DNA from: the human T2T-CHM13v2.0 reference genome, Homo sapiens
Strand: one strand, 5' to 3'
Length of the DNA stretch: 64,000 nt
Assembly (NCBI RefSeq): GCF_009914755.1
Contig: NC_060936.1
Every line of letters starts with the position of its first letter. The first letter of the stretch is position 1. The position numbers were made by a program, and so were the translations under genes. The notes beneath the pieces are model-generated. The model was given only the letters and a program-made list of their open reading frames with translations, was not told where the DNA came from and searched no databases. Below are positions 37,904-51,181 of this stretch, one piece after another.

Positions 37904-38204
37904 GGAAGCTGGAGCGGTCCGTGCGCTCCCCGCGCCCGAGGGTGCAGGAGGCTCTGAAGCGGCTGCTGCACCGCGGGGCCCAGGCGGCGGCTGGGGGGCT
38001 GGGGGGCGCTGCCGCCGCCGCCGCCGGGGGCGTCGCTGGCCTCGGCCCCTTTGTTCTCGCGCGCTCCCCCTCGCCGCCCACTCCCCTGCTGTCGCGCGGC
38101 GGCGGCGGTGGCGGCGGCGGCTCCTCCCGCCCGAGGCAGTCGGGCTCGGCGCCGGGGGCGGGAGGGGGCGGGGGGAGCACGCCAGCCGCCGAGAGTGGGG
38201 GGCG

Positions 38205-38540
38205 ATGGCGAAGCTCCGGGTGGCTTACGAGTACACGGAAGCCGAGGACAAGAGCATCCGGCTCGGCTTGTTTCTCATCATCTCCGGCGTCGTGTCGCTC
38301 TTCATCTTCGGCTTCTGCTGGCTGAGTCCCGCGCTGCAGGATCTGCAAGCCACGGAGGCCAATTGCACGGTGCTGTCGGTGCAGCAGATCGGCGAGGTGT
38401 TCGAGTGCACCTTCACCTGTGGCGCCGACTGCAGGGGCACCTCGCAGTACCCCTGCGTCCAGGTCTACGTGAACAACTCTGAGTCCAACTCTAGGGCGCT
38501 GCTGCACAGCGACGAGCACCAGCTCCTGACCAACCCCAAG
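38205..38540 (+). CDS. KCNMB4: KCNMB4 coding exon 1 (aa 1-112): BK (KCa1.1) channel regulatory beta-4 subunit
   Basis: GGGCGATGG start; [40 protein letters not shown] (TM1); N53-C-T and N90-N-S sequons; Cys54/68/72/76/84; donor AAG|gtaaga; 336 nt, phase 0. Confidence 0.98.
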
Positions 38541-41464
38541 GTAAGAACGCCCCGCGCACCCAGGGGCTCCCCGCGAGGGAGGTTTGGAGGCAGCGTCGGT
38601 GTTAGACTCCGCGCGGGGAGGGTTCGGCGTGTGCTCGCATTGCTAGGAGGAGACCAGGTGGCGCAGGCTGTGCTCAAACCAGGAATGACTACATCAGGGA
38701 GCCCCAGGGCTCCGGTCTTTTCAGGTGGGTTTACGCGCGGCGACCAGTGGTGCCCAGAGGCTTACTTTAAAACCTGTCTTGCCTGGTCTCAGATTTTGAG
38801 GCCTCGACCCAGTCCGGGTCCTGCGCCTACCGGACTGGGTTTGGAGAAGTGCAAGGAGCCAAGAAAGTTAACTTTTCCTCCATTTAAAGCCAGTGGTTAG
38901 CGGGGATCCACCTACTCCAGCTCACGGTCAAGGTCCGAGCTTCAGCTGGTCTCATCTAGAACTCAGATGGAATGACCTTCCTTGAAAGGTCGAGGGGACT
39001 CTCGAAAGTTGTGAGAGAGTTCCTCACCTTTTCGCTCTACATAGGCATTTTCAACTTGGGGTTCAAAGATAAGCTTTTGTGGCTTGACAAACGACCCGGA
39101 ATCAAATGTGGAATATTGCGGGTCCATTTTGGGAAGTACAGAGGGCTCCTAGTTTTCATGAAATAGATTCTCAAAAGAGTCTACAGGGAGCCTAGTTACC
39201 CTTTGTGTTTAGGGACAGTCAGGAGTCGTCTGGAGAACAGTAAAACTTGCTGAAAATAGAAAACCTTCAGTGAAATGTACCTAATATGACTTCTCTGACA
39301 ACTTCTATTGGTCTCGAAAGCAAGCAAGAAGAAAAAGAAAAAGAAAAAAAAAAAAGATAAAACCTGGTTAGGACTCCCGGGATGGAGAGCAGAGAGAGGA
39401 AGTCTCAGAAAACTGTTCCCAATGGAGAAAAATAACTTATAAAAAGCAGTGTCCTTAGCCTGTGAACTAATTGAGCTTTGTAGTGCACCTGGTTCTGGTT
39501 CCGTTTCTACTTCCCTTGATCTTTTCTGCTCTCCTTGTTGCTTAACTATCAAAGGTATGTATCTTTTTAAAAGTTACTGACATTTTTCCTTTTTTTGAGG
39601 GATCAAGCAGAAAAACAGTCCAAAAGGGAATGCATCTTGTGTTCACAGGAAAACTTTCTGTTAACTCTAACAAGATATATTTATATTAATCCAAAAGAAA
39701 AAAATTCTACATTAATATTATAATAGTATTTAAAACAGCTTACCGTCACTCTGCAATAAAACTTGTGGTCTTACCTCCTGAACAGTAAATTCTTGAATTT
39801 GAGACATTTAGAAAATATTTCTTTTTAAAAATATGAATGACTCCTCTCAAAAAAAAAATGCTCCTGTCGACAAATGAATATTGATTTACCTTAAAAAATA
39901 TCAATAATACATAAGCAGTAAATATAGGACTAAGAATATAGAATTTGGAGTATAATGTTAAAGATCTTGAAGAGGTGATAACGTCTCAAAGACAAATGTT
40001 GTAACTTGATCCTCTTAATGCTCAGGAATTTAAAAAGAAATCTCAGGGTTTTAGAAACATTTTTTTTTTTAGAATTAAATCAATAATGTCAAAGATGAGT
40101 GCCAACCAGTAGTAATGATTTAGAAATTATATGGCAGTTCATCATTTAGAAGTTGTTATAGTTGGTGAAACGTTGCTAATTATTTTAAGATAGTGGTTCA
40201 AGCACTAATAAATTTCATATCTATATATACATATATATGCACACACACATTAATAAATGGCTAATATCTAATCAAGACAAGGACAAATTATAATTTATTA
40301 CAAAAAGACTGCTTCACAATTTTCAGGCAGTTTGAAGTATCTGGCAGAAAAAGTAAATTGAAATCATTGGGACGTTGATTTTTAAATTACCTAGAAGCAA
40401 TCCCAATGCTTTATGTAATACTAAAATTTCTCCTCTCTCTTTTCTTTATCTCTCTCTCCCCTGAAAATAATCATTTTTTTTCCAGTGCCAGTTCAGATCT
40501 TGGCAACAGTTGTTTTGAAAAAGTACCTGAACAAAATACATTTTATAAAGTAAAGTATTCAGGAACTGACAGAACTGGAGAAGAATATATTTATGTTACA
40601 GAAGTCATGGACAACATCCTATTCATTTTAGTCAAGGTTTTCTCAGCCAAACCAATTTATATCTCTTTATCCAGATTATAATTATGTTGTATCATTTATA
40701 GACTGTAAGTTTGTTCTTTAGCATCACCTTTCTATTTTTGACCAATAAATTCTCAATTTGGAAATTCTTATAGGCAGTGTGATGGAAAAATTCAATGTAA
40801 TAAAAATATTATGCCAGAGTCATGTACATAAGCAGAGTGTTTCCACAGTGTCCCTGCAATTAGGCAATACCCATTGTCCATTCCTGTTGGCTCTTGGCTG
40901 CCTAGATCTTTTCTTTGCCTTACTTTACCTCTTTATTGAAGGCCTATGCTTCCCCTCTGTTTCTTTGTAGAATGTCTAGATTCCCAACAGTGTCTTGAAT
41001 CCCAGCCGCCTCCAGGCTTTTCTTCATGACCCACCAACACAAGAAACCACTTAGGAAATCACTTCTTAGAAAAAATAGAATAAGGAGTTTTTTCCTCTCC
41101 CTTGAGTTTCCTGCATTAATTACAGTAAGAGGCAGGAGAGGGAAAGAATACATTGCAAATACAGAATTTCTTAAGCCATAAGCTGCTGAAGAAGATACTG
41201 TGAGTAAATTTGATCTTTGACTAATAATTTCTTTAAAATACCTTGAGTTCCTACTGAATTTATTTGTATTTTGAATCATATCCTTATTGTCTAAAGCAAT
41301 CACTATATCCAGTCTTGTAATAGAGTATTCAAGGCAACAAATTGTCCACAGGGAGATTATCTCTGTGGATTAACCATAGCAAAATCTAAATTCGGGGTCA
41401 ACTTCCTCTTGCTACTATTCCAGTCACTGCACTATCTCTTGGTGACTCACAGTTGTATATGCTA

Positions 41465-41650
41465 GGAGCTTTGGTTCTCACCTATGGCTGTACCTTAGAA
41501 TCACCAGGGGAACTTTAAAAAGAAGTTCTTATGGCTGGGTCCAACTCTCCAAGATTCTGATTTGGTCTTGGGTGGGGCCTGGGCATTGATGTTTTTTAAA
41601 AGTTCTGTGATGATTCTAATGTGAAGACAAGATTCAAAAACCACTGTCTT
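41465..41650. mobile_element. MER5-family DNA transposon
   Basis: tggttctca..ttagaatcaccagggg..gattctgattt..gggtggggcctgggcat..aaccactg. Confidence 0.75.
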
Positions 41651-41652
41651 AG

Positions 41653-42077
<425 letters not shown>

Positions 42078-42302
42078 AGTGCTACTGAATTTAGGGAGTC
42101 GGTATAAAAGGAAATTCTGAAGGAAAGGGAGAGTATTATTTAAAATTATTATGTAAATAATAGTTTAAAACCAATAAGTTTAAATGAAATGAACTTGATT
42201 CCAGACATTTGCATTTGCATAATTATATACATTGGATGGCCAAAAAAAAAAAAAGGTGAGTTTTTAAAACTGCCCTCTTGTATGTGAGACAAGACAGAGT
42301 GA

Positions 42303-42645
<343 letters not shown>

Positions 42646-43129
42646 TGAGTTTTTTTTTCCCCTTCCTCTAATAATAAAAACCTAGAAACAAAGGATAAAA
42701 GGCTCCTTCTAAGAAACCAGTACTCTAGAAGTGAGAGAAATGCATTAAGGAGAAGAAAAACTTAGGTGGGACTGAATAAGGCTTCAGGCATTACGTTTGC
42801 TGAAGTTGGATGTACCTAACTACAGGGCGTGGTGGCTCACAGTCACCTAGGCCCTCTCCACATCCACTCATGTACCCTGTCCCAGTGCACTGTAGGAGAG
42901 GCAGTGTGGCCTGCCTGGAATTGTTTCTGAACTCCTTCCTGGAACATTCAGTTTGATACATTTTGCGCTCTAGAGACATCCATCATATCAGAACTACATG
43001 ATAAAAGGCTAAGCAGAATTGTGATGACTTCTTTGTAACCTTTATTTATCTTGAAAAAGTGGCATTTCTTGGTTGTTTTTCCTTTGGAGATGATGTTATA
43101 TAATGTTTGGTATATACATAAAATTCAAT

Positions 43130-44400
43130 CAGGAAATCCTTTTTCAGCATCTATTATAATGATCAAAGAACTGGGCAAGAAACTAGAGGGCATACAAAGA
43201 TGAATATGTTCACTTAACAAATATTCATGAAACACGTATCCTGAGCTATGTGTGCATTCAGGTGCTGAGACTAGAATATAGGTCAAAACAAAGTTCCTGC
43301 ACTCATGGAACTTATATTCTGCTGGGAAGTAACAGACAAGAAATAAATGTATAATGCCATGTCATGTAATGATAGGTGGATAAAGAAAATTTGGGCAGGA
43401 TAAGAGTATAGACAGTGACAAAATACGTGAAGGGCTCTTCTTTTGGACAGGGTGGTCAGGGAAGGCCGCTCTGATGAAGTGACATTTACACAGAGACCCA
43501 AAGAACATGAGGGGATGAGCAGAGACAGAAGGGATGTAAGTAATGAATCATGTGGCTATCTGGAGACAAGAGTGTCCACCAGCTGAGGAAATAGCAAATG
43601 CAAAGGCCCTGTGACAAGTGTCTGTGTGAGGAACTATGAGGGCGAAAGTGAGGTTGGACCACAGTGAGCAAGGTGGACAGTGGGAAATGAGGTTAGGGTC
43701 CTAAAGAACACGATACGGACTTTGGATTTTATTCCAAGCATGATGGGAATCTGTGACATTAAGCGGGGCTGAAATATCATCAGACTTAGACTTTTAAAAA
43801 ATGCAAATGATCCCTCTCGCTGCTGAGTTGAAAACAGAATTTATATGTATGTTTACATGCACATGCACACATTCTGACTTGTGCAGTGAGAGGTGCAGAG
43901 GCAAGACTTGAAACAGGAAGTCCTGTAGGACAGGCAAAAGATGGTGGTGGCTTAGATCAGTGGGTAGCACTGGTAAAATTTACTAATGAATTGGATATGA
44001 GGAATGAGGGAAAGAGGAGTTGAGAATGGCTCCAAAGTTTGTGTCAAGTGCAACTGGGTGAACGGAGGTGCTTTTAGTGATGGGAAAAACTAAAGGAATA
44101 GTAGGTCTGGAGGAGTGTGGATGAAAATCAAGGGTTCAGTTTTGCATATGCCTAACAGACATTAAATATGAGGATGAATCCATGAGCCTCTGTCCTCAAG
44201 GAAATTATTACCTAGCAGAGGAGATAAGGACACAAATAACTGTCAAACAAGGCAGAATGTCAAGTTCTACAGAGAGGTACAAACATTATGATATGAACAT
44301 CCAGAGGGAAAAAGTTAGGGGGAAAGCTTCATGGAGAAAGAAGCATTTGCTATAAGTCCGAGGATGAACAGAGTTTCATCTTGGTGGTGAGTAAAGGGAG
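43130..44400 (-). mobile_element. L2 fragments
   Basis: ttcctgcactcatggaacttatattctgctggg; gtggtcagggaaggccgctctgatgaagtgacattt; caaatgcaaaggccctg. Confidence 0.75.
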
Positions 44401-44619
44401 GCAGGGTGGAATGAAGAGAACATCAAAGAAGATAAAATGCAAGAAACAAAGCTATGAGCTGTGTGAGTGTGGGGTGTGTTGGGGGATCTGGATGGACTGG
44501 TGTGTGTGGAACACAGGGCACATAGAATGAGGTCTTGGGGGTAAGGCTGGAGAGTAAATTCGAGCCCACAGTGTAGAAGACCCAGGCAGCCAGGATGGGT
44601 TTGCTAGATACTGGGAAGC

Positions 44620-45118
44620 CATGGTAGGAGGAATAATGTCTCCCTTCCACGATGTCCACATCCTAACCCTCAAAAACTGTAAGTGTCTTATGTCACATAG
44701 CAAAGAGAAATTAGAGTTAAAGAGGGAGTTAAGGTTGTTAAACAGTTGATGTTAAAATAAGGAGATTATCCTGAGTTATCCAGACAATCCCAATGGAATC
44801 ACAAGGTACTTAAAAGTAGAAGACAGAGGCAGGTCAGAGTGATAGAGTTTGAGAAAGATCCAACCAGCCATTGCTAGCTTTGAATACAGAAGAGGGCCAT
44901 GCGCCAAAAAAAGCATGTAGACTCCTTCTCCAAGGAAGTGGTAAAAGGCAAGAAAATGAATTTTCCGCTAGGCATTCAGAAGAGAACGCAGCCTGGCATC
45001 TTGGTTTTAGCCCAGTGAGACACATTCTAGATTCTGACCTCCAGAATTGTAAGATAATAAATTTGTGCCATTTTAAGCCACTAAGTTTGTGTTACAGCAG
45101 CAATAGGAAACTAATACA
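44620..45118 (+). mobile_element. MLT1D-like MaLR solo LTR
   Basis: gatgtccacatcctaaccc..ggagattatcctg..gacctccagaattgtaagataataaatttgtgccattttaagccactaagtttg..ggaaactaataca. Confidence 0.85.
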
Positions 45119-45206
45119 GAAGTCAAGGACGGTTTTTGAGTAGGTGACTTATGATTAGATATTTAAAGGCGTGGTCAGAATATCTCTTTAGAAACAATCT
45201 AATTTG

Positions 45207-45470
45207 GGCTGGGTGTGGTGGCTCTTACCTATAATCCCAGCTACTTGGGAGGCTGAGGCCTGTACCACGTAGTAAGATCCCATCTCTTAAAAAAATATCA
45301 AGGAAATTGGCTGGTCATTGTGGTGCACACCTGTAGTCCCAGCTACTCTGGAGGCTGAGGAGGGAGGATTACTTGAGCCTAGGAGTACAAGACTGCAGTG
45401 AGCTAAATTTAAGTATGTGCTTTAGGACTTTAGCTTGGGTGACAGAGCAAGACTCCATTTCTAAAACAAA
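45207..45470 (+). mobile_element. AluJ with deleted left arm
   Basis: Alu start, internal deletion, J-type right arm. Confidence 0.8.
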
Positions 45471-46747
45471 AGCAATCTAATCTGCAGGATGCTATGATCT
45501 ATCTGTCTGAGATTATCGTAATGTATCTCCAGCCCCCATTTGTGGATGTCATTTATGAAGATCTCAATTATATCTGTAAGGTCCCCAAAACTTATGCATA
45601 AAAAAGAATCAGAAACTAAAAATCAAAAGAGATTTGTGACATTACAATACATATCAGTTATAATTTGCTTACAAAATACATTTATTTGATCACAAACTTG
45701 CCTCGTTATATAGCTTTTTATAAGTTGACACATTTTGTTTATTTAAAATGTTTTGGGCACTTATTTATGAATGAAGATGTCAAGTTTTATTTCCTTTGGG
45801 TTTAAATTTTTTTTCAGTCCTTAGCAGAATTTCAATTCAGTTTAGTTCCTAGATCAGCAGTACATTTATATTACAATTACCATAATTACTCACAGTAAAA
45901 TACTGAACAGAATAGTTTTTAACATTGCATATGTTTCCAACCATTCCTCATGCTGAGCCTTAGGTATTCTCTACAACACATAAATTAATGTGTAAAAAAT
46001 TGTACTTGTGAGTTGTAATATCCTCTTCTATTCTTTTAAAATAACCAATATAATACTTGTAAATCATTGTGTTTATTAAGTTATTTAATTCTGTGGCCAT
46101 TTTTATAAATAAACTAGGATACATTTATTTTAAGTAAGTGCTTTCTTGAGTACTGTAATCCAACAGATTAGGTTACTAGATGGTCTCTTTATACTGAAGC
46201 ACATGTGAAAAAATATCTAGACTTGCTTTGTCTTCATGTAATTGATGTAGTTGATCAAATGGACTTTGAAACCTCATCTAATGTCCAGTTTACTGGTTTT
46301 AATCTAACTATATTGCAGCAGCATATATTGATATTATATTTCACTGGAGAAAACTAAATCCTAGAAAGTAAAAATTTAGTCCATTTTGTTCTTTGTAATA
46401 AATATATTTATGATTGTCTTTATCCAAACAGTTTTATTTTAAAATAGACCTAAAGAAGGGAAAACCAGACAATAATACTCTATAGTGAGTGCTGAATTTG
46501 TAATTCTTATTTTAATTACCTTTTGTTTTCTCTGTTTCAAGGATAAAAATGGCAACAAAATTCATCACTATTTCTCCCAAACCCACTTTTATTCTGGAGT
46601 TTTTTGTTTCTGTTAATTGTATCATCATTCTCTGGTATTAATATTTTTTATAAATTTCACTGCCACTCTCTTGTTTAGTGCTGTCTTTTGCTTTGATTAC
46701 CATATCTGTTCATTGAGTTTATGGCTAGTCTATTTCTTCCTCCAAAC

Positions 46748-47220
<473 letters not shown>

Positions 47221-48055
47221 GGTCCTATACGTATTAGCTCTCACTCCTTATTCCTCCAACTTGGTCATGGTATATAATTCTTTTTATAGATTCCTGGATT
47301 TTGTTTGCTAATATTTTATTGAGGATTTTTGCATTTATATTTATACAGGATATATGTCTGTCCTTTTCTTGTGATGTCTTTGTCTGATTTTGGTATCATA
47401 GTAATAGAATGAGCTGGGAAGTGTTCCCCCTTCTGTTTTTTTGGAAGAGTTTGTGATTATATACCATGATGAAGTGGGATTTATTCCAGGAATGCAAGTT
47501 TGGTTCAACGTGCTAAAACCAATCAATGTAATAGATTACTAGCATAAAGAACAAGAAAAGCATAATTATCTCAGTATATGGAGAAAAAAACATTGACAAA
47601 ATTTAACAATCCTTTCATGATAAAAAAAAAAAAAACCAACAAATTAGGAATAGAAGGGAACTTCTCAACCTGAAAAAGGACACCTATGAAAAAGCCTCAG
47701 CTAATATCATACTTAATGATGAAACATTGAAAGCTTTACCCCTAAGATCAAGAAGAAGACGAGGATGTCCACTCTTACCACTCTTGTTCAACATTGTAGT
47801 GGCAGTTCTAGCCAGGGGCAGTTAAGCAAGAAAAAGAAATAAAAGGCAACCAGATTGGAAAGGAAAAATAAAACTATTTTCAGAAATCACATGATCTTAT
47901 ATATAGTAACTCCTAAAGAACCTCCCCTAAAATTTATTAGAGCTAATAAATGAATTCAGCAAAGTTGCAGGATACAATATCAATATACAAAAATTAATTA
48001 TATTTTTATACACTAGGAATGAACAATCCTAAAATGAAATTAAGAACACAATTCT

Positions 48056-48409
<354 letters not shown>

Positions 48410-49422
48410 TTATAAATTTAACAAAAGTACAAGACCTATAACCTGAAGACTACAAAGCACTGCTGAGAAAAATTACAGAAGACTTAGATAAATGGAAAGA
48501 CATCCTTTGTTCCTGGATAGGAAGACCCAATATTGTTAAGATGGCAGTATTCCTCAGGTTGATCTACAGATTCATTACAGTCTCTAGCAAAACCCCAGCT
48601 GGATTAGTTATTTTTTTCTTTTTGCATAAATTGACGAGCTGATTCTAAAATTCACATGGAAATGCAAGAGAACCATAATAAACAAAACCATCTTGAAAAA
48701 AGAGAACAAAATGGAAAGATTCACATTTCCTGAGATACACTGGAAATATTGCAGATTTGGTTCCAGACCACTTCAACAAAGCCAATATTACGATAAAAGA
48801 GTCACACAAATTTTTTAGTTTCCCAGTACATATAAAAATTACATTTATACTATATTAATGTGCAGTACCATTATGTCTTAAAAATGTACATACCTTAATT
48901 TAAAAATATTTTATTACTGAAAAATGCTAGTAATGATCTGAGCATTTAGAAAGTCATAATCATTTTGCGGGTGGAGGATCATGCCTCGATGTTGATGGCT
49001 GCTGACTAATCAGGGTGGTGGTTGCTGAAGGTTGAGGTGGCTGTGGAAATTACTTAAGCTAAGACAACGAAGTTTCCTGCATCAATTGACTCTTCCACAA
49101 AATGTTTCTCTGTTGCATGTGATGCTATTTAATAGCATTTTACTTACAGTAGAACTCCTTTCAAAATTGGAGTCAGTCCTCTCAAATCCCTCCACTGCTT
49201 TATCAACTCAGTTTAGGTAATATCTAGGTTAATTGTTGTCATTTGTCATTTCAACAGTGTTCACAGCATTTTCACCAGAAGTGGAGTCCATCTCAAGAAA
49301 CCACTTTCTTTGCTCATCCAAATGAGGATTTGCAAATCCTCACTTGTTCAAATTTTATCATGGGATTCCAGAAATTCAAGCTATACTTCTAATTCTAGTA
49401 GAATCTCTTCAAGCTCTACTTC

Positions 49423-49725
49423 TTTTTTTTTTTTTTTGAGATGGAGTCTTGCCCTGTTGCCCAGGCTGGAGTGCAGTGGTGTAATCTCGTCTCACTGCAG
49501 CCTCCACCTCGCGAGTTCAAGTGACTCTCCTGCGTCAGCCTCCTGAGTAGCTGAGATTACAGGCATGCACCACCACACCCAGCTAATTTTTTTTTCTGTA
49601 TTGGTAGTAGAGACAGGGTTTCATCATGTTGGTCAGGCTGGTCTCAAACTCCTGACCTCAAATGATCTGCCTGCCTTGGCCTCCCAAAGTGCTAAGATTA
49701 CAAGCATGAGCCACCGTGCCCGGCC
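49423..49725 (-). mobile_element. AluS in Tigger1
   Basis: TSD ttcaagctctacttct at 49408-49423 and 49726-49741. Confidence 0.93.
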
Positions 49726-49992
49726 TTCAAGCTCTACTTCTAATTCTAGTTCTTTCCTATTTCTACCACATCTGTAGTTACTTTCTCCATTGATGTCTTG
49801 AACACCACAAGTCATCCATGAGGGTTGGAATCAACTTCTTCCAAACTCCTATAATGTTATTTTAACCTCCGTTCATGATTTACTAATGTTCATAATGGCA
49901 TCAAATTGTTGAATCCCTTCCAGAAAGTTTTTCATTTACTTTGCCCAGATCCATCAGAGGAATCACTATAGCTACAGCTTTATGAAGTGTAT

Positions 49993-50306
49993 TTTTTATT
50001 TTTTATTTTATTTATTTACTTTTTGAGATGGAGTCTCGCTGTGCCACCCAGGCTCGAGTACAATGGTGTGGTCTTGGCTCGCTTCACCCTCTGCCTCCTG
50101 GGTTCAAGTGATTCTCCTGCCTCAGCTTCCTGAGTAGCTGGGACTACAGTTGCACGCCACCATGCCCGGCTAATTTTTGTATTTTTAGTAGAGACAAGGC
50201 TTCACCATGTTGATCAGGCTGGTCTTGAACTCCTGACCTCAAGTGATTCACCCATCTCGGCCTCCCAAAATGCTGGGATTACAGGTGTAAGCCACCACAC
50301 CCAGCC
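49993..50306 (-). mobile_element. AluS in Tigger1
   Basis: TSD aagtgtatttttta on both sides. Confidence 0.92.
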
Positions 50307-50893
50307 CAAAGTGTATTTTTTAAATAATAAGACATGAAAGTCGAACTTACTCCCTGATCCATGGGCTGCAGTATGGATGTCATGTTAGCAGGCATGAAAA
50401 CAACATTAATCTCCTCATACATCTCCATCAGAGCTCTTGGGTGATGAGGTACACTGTCAGTTAGCAGTAGTATTTTGAAAGGAATCTTTTTTTCTGAACA
50501 GTAGGTCTCAACAGTGGGCTTTAAATATTCAGTAAACCATGCTGTAAACTGATGTGCTATCATCCAGGCTTTCTTGTTCCATTTCTAAAGCACAGGCAGA
50601 GTAGACTTAGCACAATTTTTAAGGGCCGTAGGATCTTTGAAATGGTAAATGAGCACTGGCTTCAGCTTAAAGTCACCAGCTACACTAGCCTCTAACAAGA
50701 GTCAGCCTGTTCTTTGAAACTTTGAAGCCTGGACTTTATAGCTATGAAAGTCCTAGATCTTCTTCCAATAGAGGGCTGTTTCATCCATGGTGAAAATCTG
50801 TTGTTTAGTGTAGCCACCTTTATAAATTATCTAAGCTAGATCTTCTAGATAACTTGCAGCTTCTACATGAGCACTTGCTGCTTCACTTTGCAC

Positions 50894-51181
50894 TTTTTTT
50901 TTCTTTTTGAGACAAGGTCTGGCTGTCACCCAGGCTGGAGTGCAGTGGTGTGATCTCTGCTCACTACAACCTCCACCCCAAGCTCAAGCCATCCTCCCAC
51001 CTCAGCCTCCCAAGTAGCTAGGACTACAGGTGCACTCTACCACACCTGGCTAATGTTTGTATTTTTTGTAGAGATGGGGTTTGGCCATGTTTCCCAGGCT
51101 GGTCTTGAATTTGCTCAAGTGATCTGCCTTCTTCTCCCTTCAGAATGCTGGGATTACAGGCATGAGCCACCATGCCCAGCC
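50894..51181 (-). mobile_element. AluJ in Tigger1
   Basis: TSD tttgcactttt on both sides; J-type ctcaagccatcctcccacctc. Confidence 0.9.

Larger units (their letters stand above)
37100..38850. promoter_or_regulatory. KCNMB4: CpG island / KCNMB4 promoter and exon 1
   Basis: Abrupt switch from AT-rich, CpG-poor sequence to very GC- and CpG-rich sequence around the first coding exon. Confidence 0.92.

Noticed and set aside
37758-38519. 253-aa antisense ORF and other overlapping ORFs in the CpG island
   Set aside because: GTG start, low-complexity Pro/Ala content, shadow of the KCNMB4 frame in very GC-rich DNA
37536-38900. 454-aa ORF as a single-exon protein
   Set aside because: It starts at TTG upstream of the GC boxes and runs through the strong AAG|gtaaga donor at 38540. 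It is KCNMB4 exon 1 plus stop-poor CpG-island flanks.
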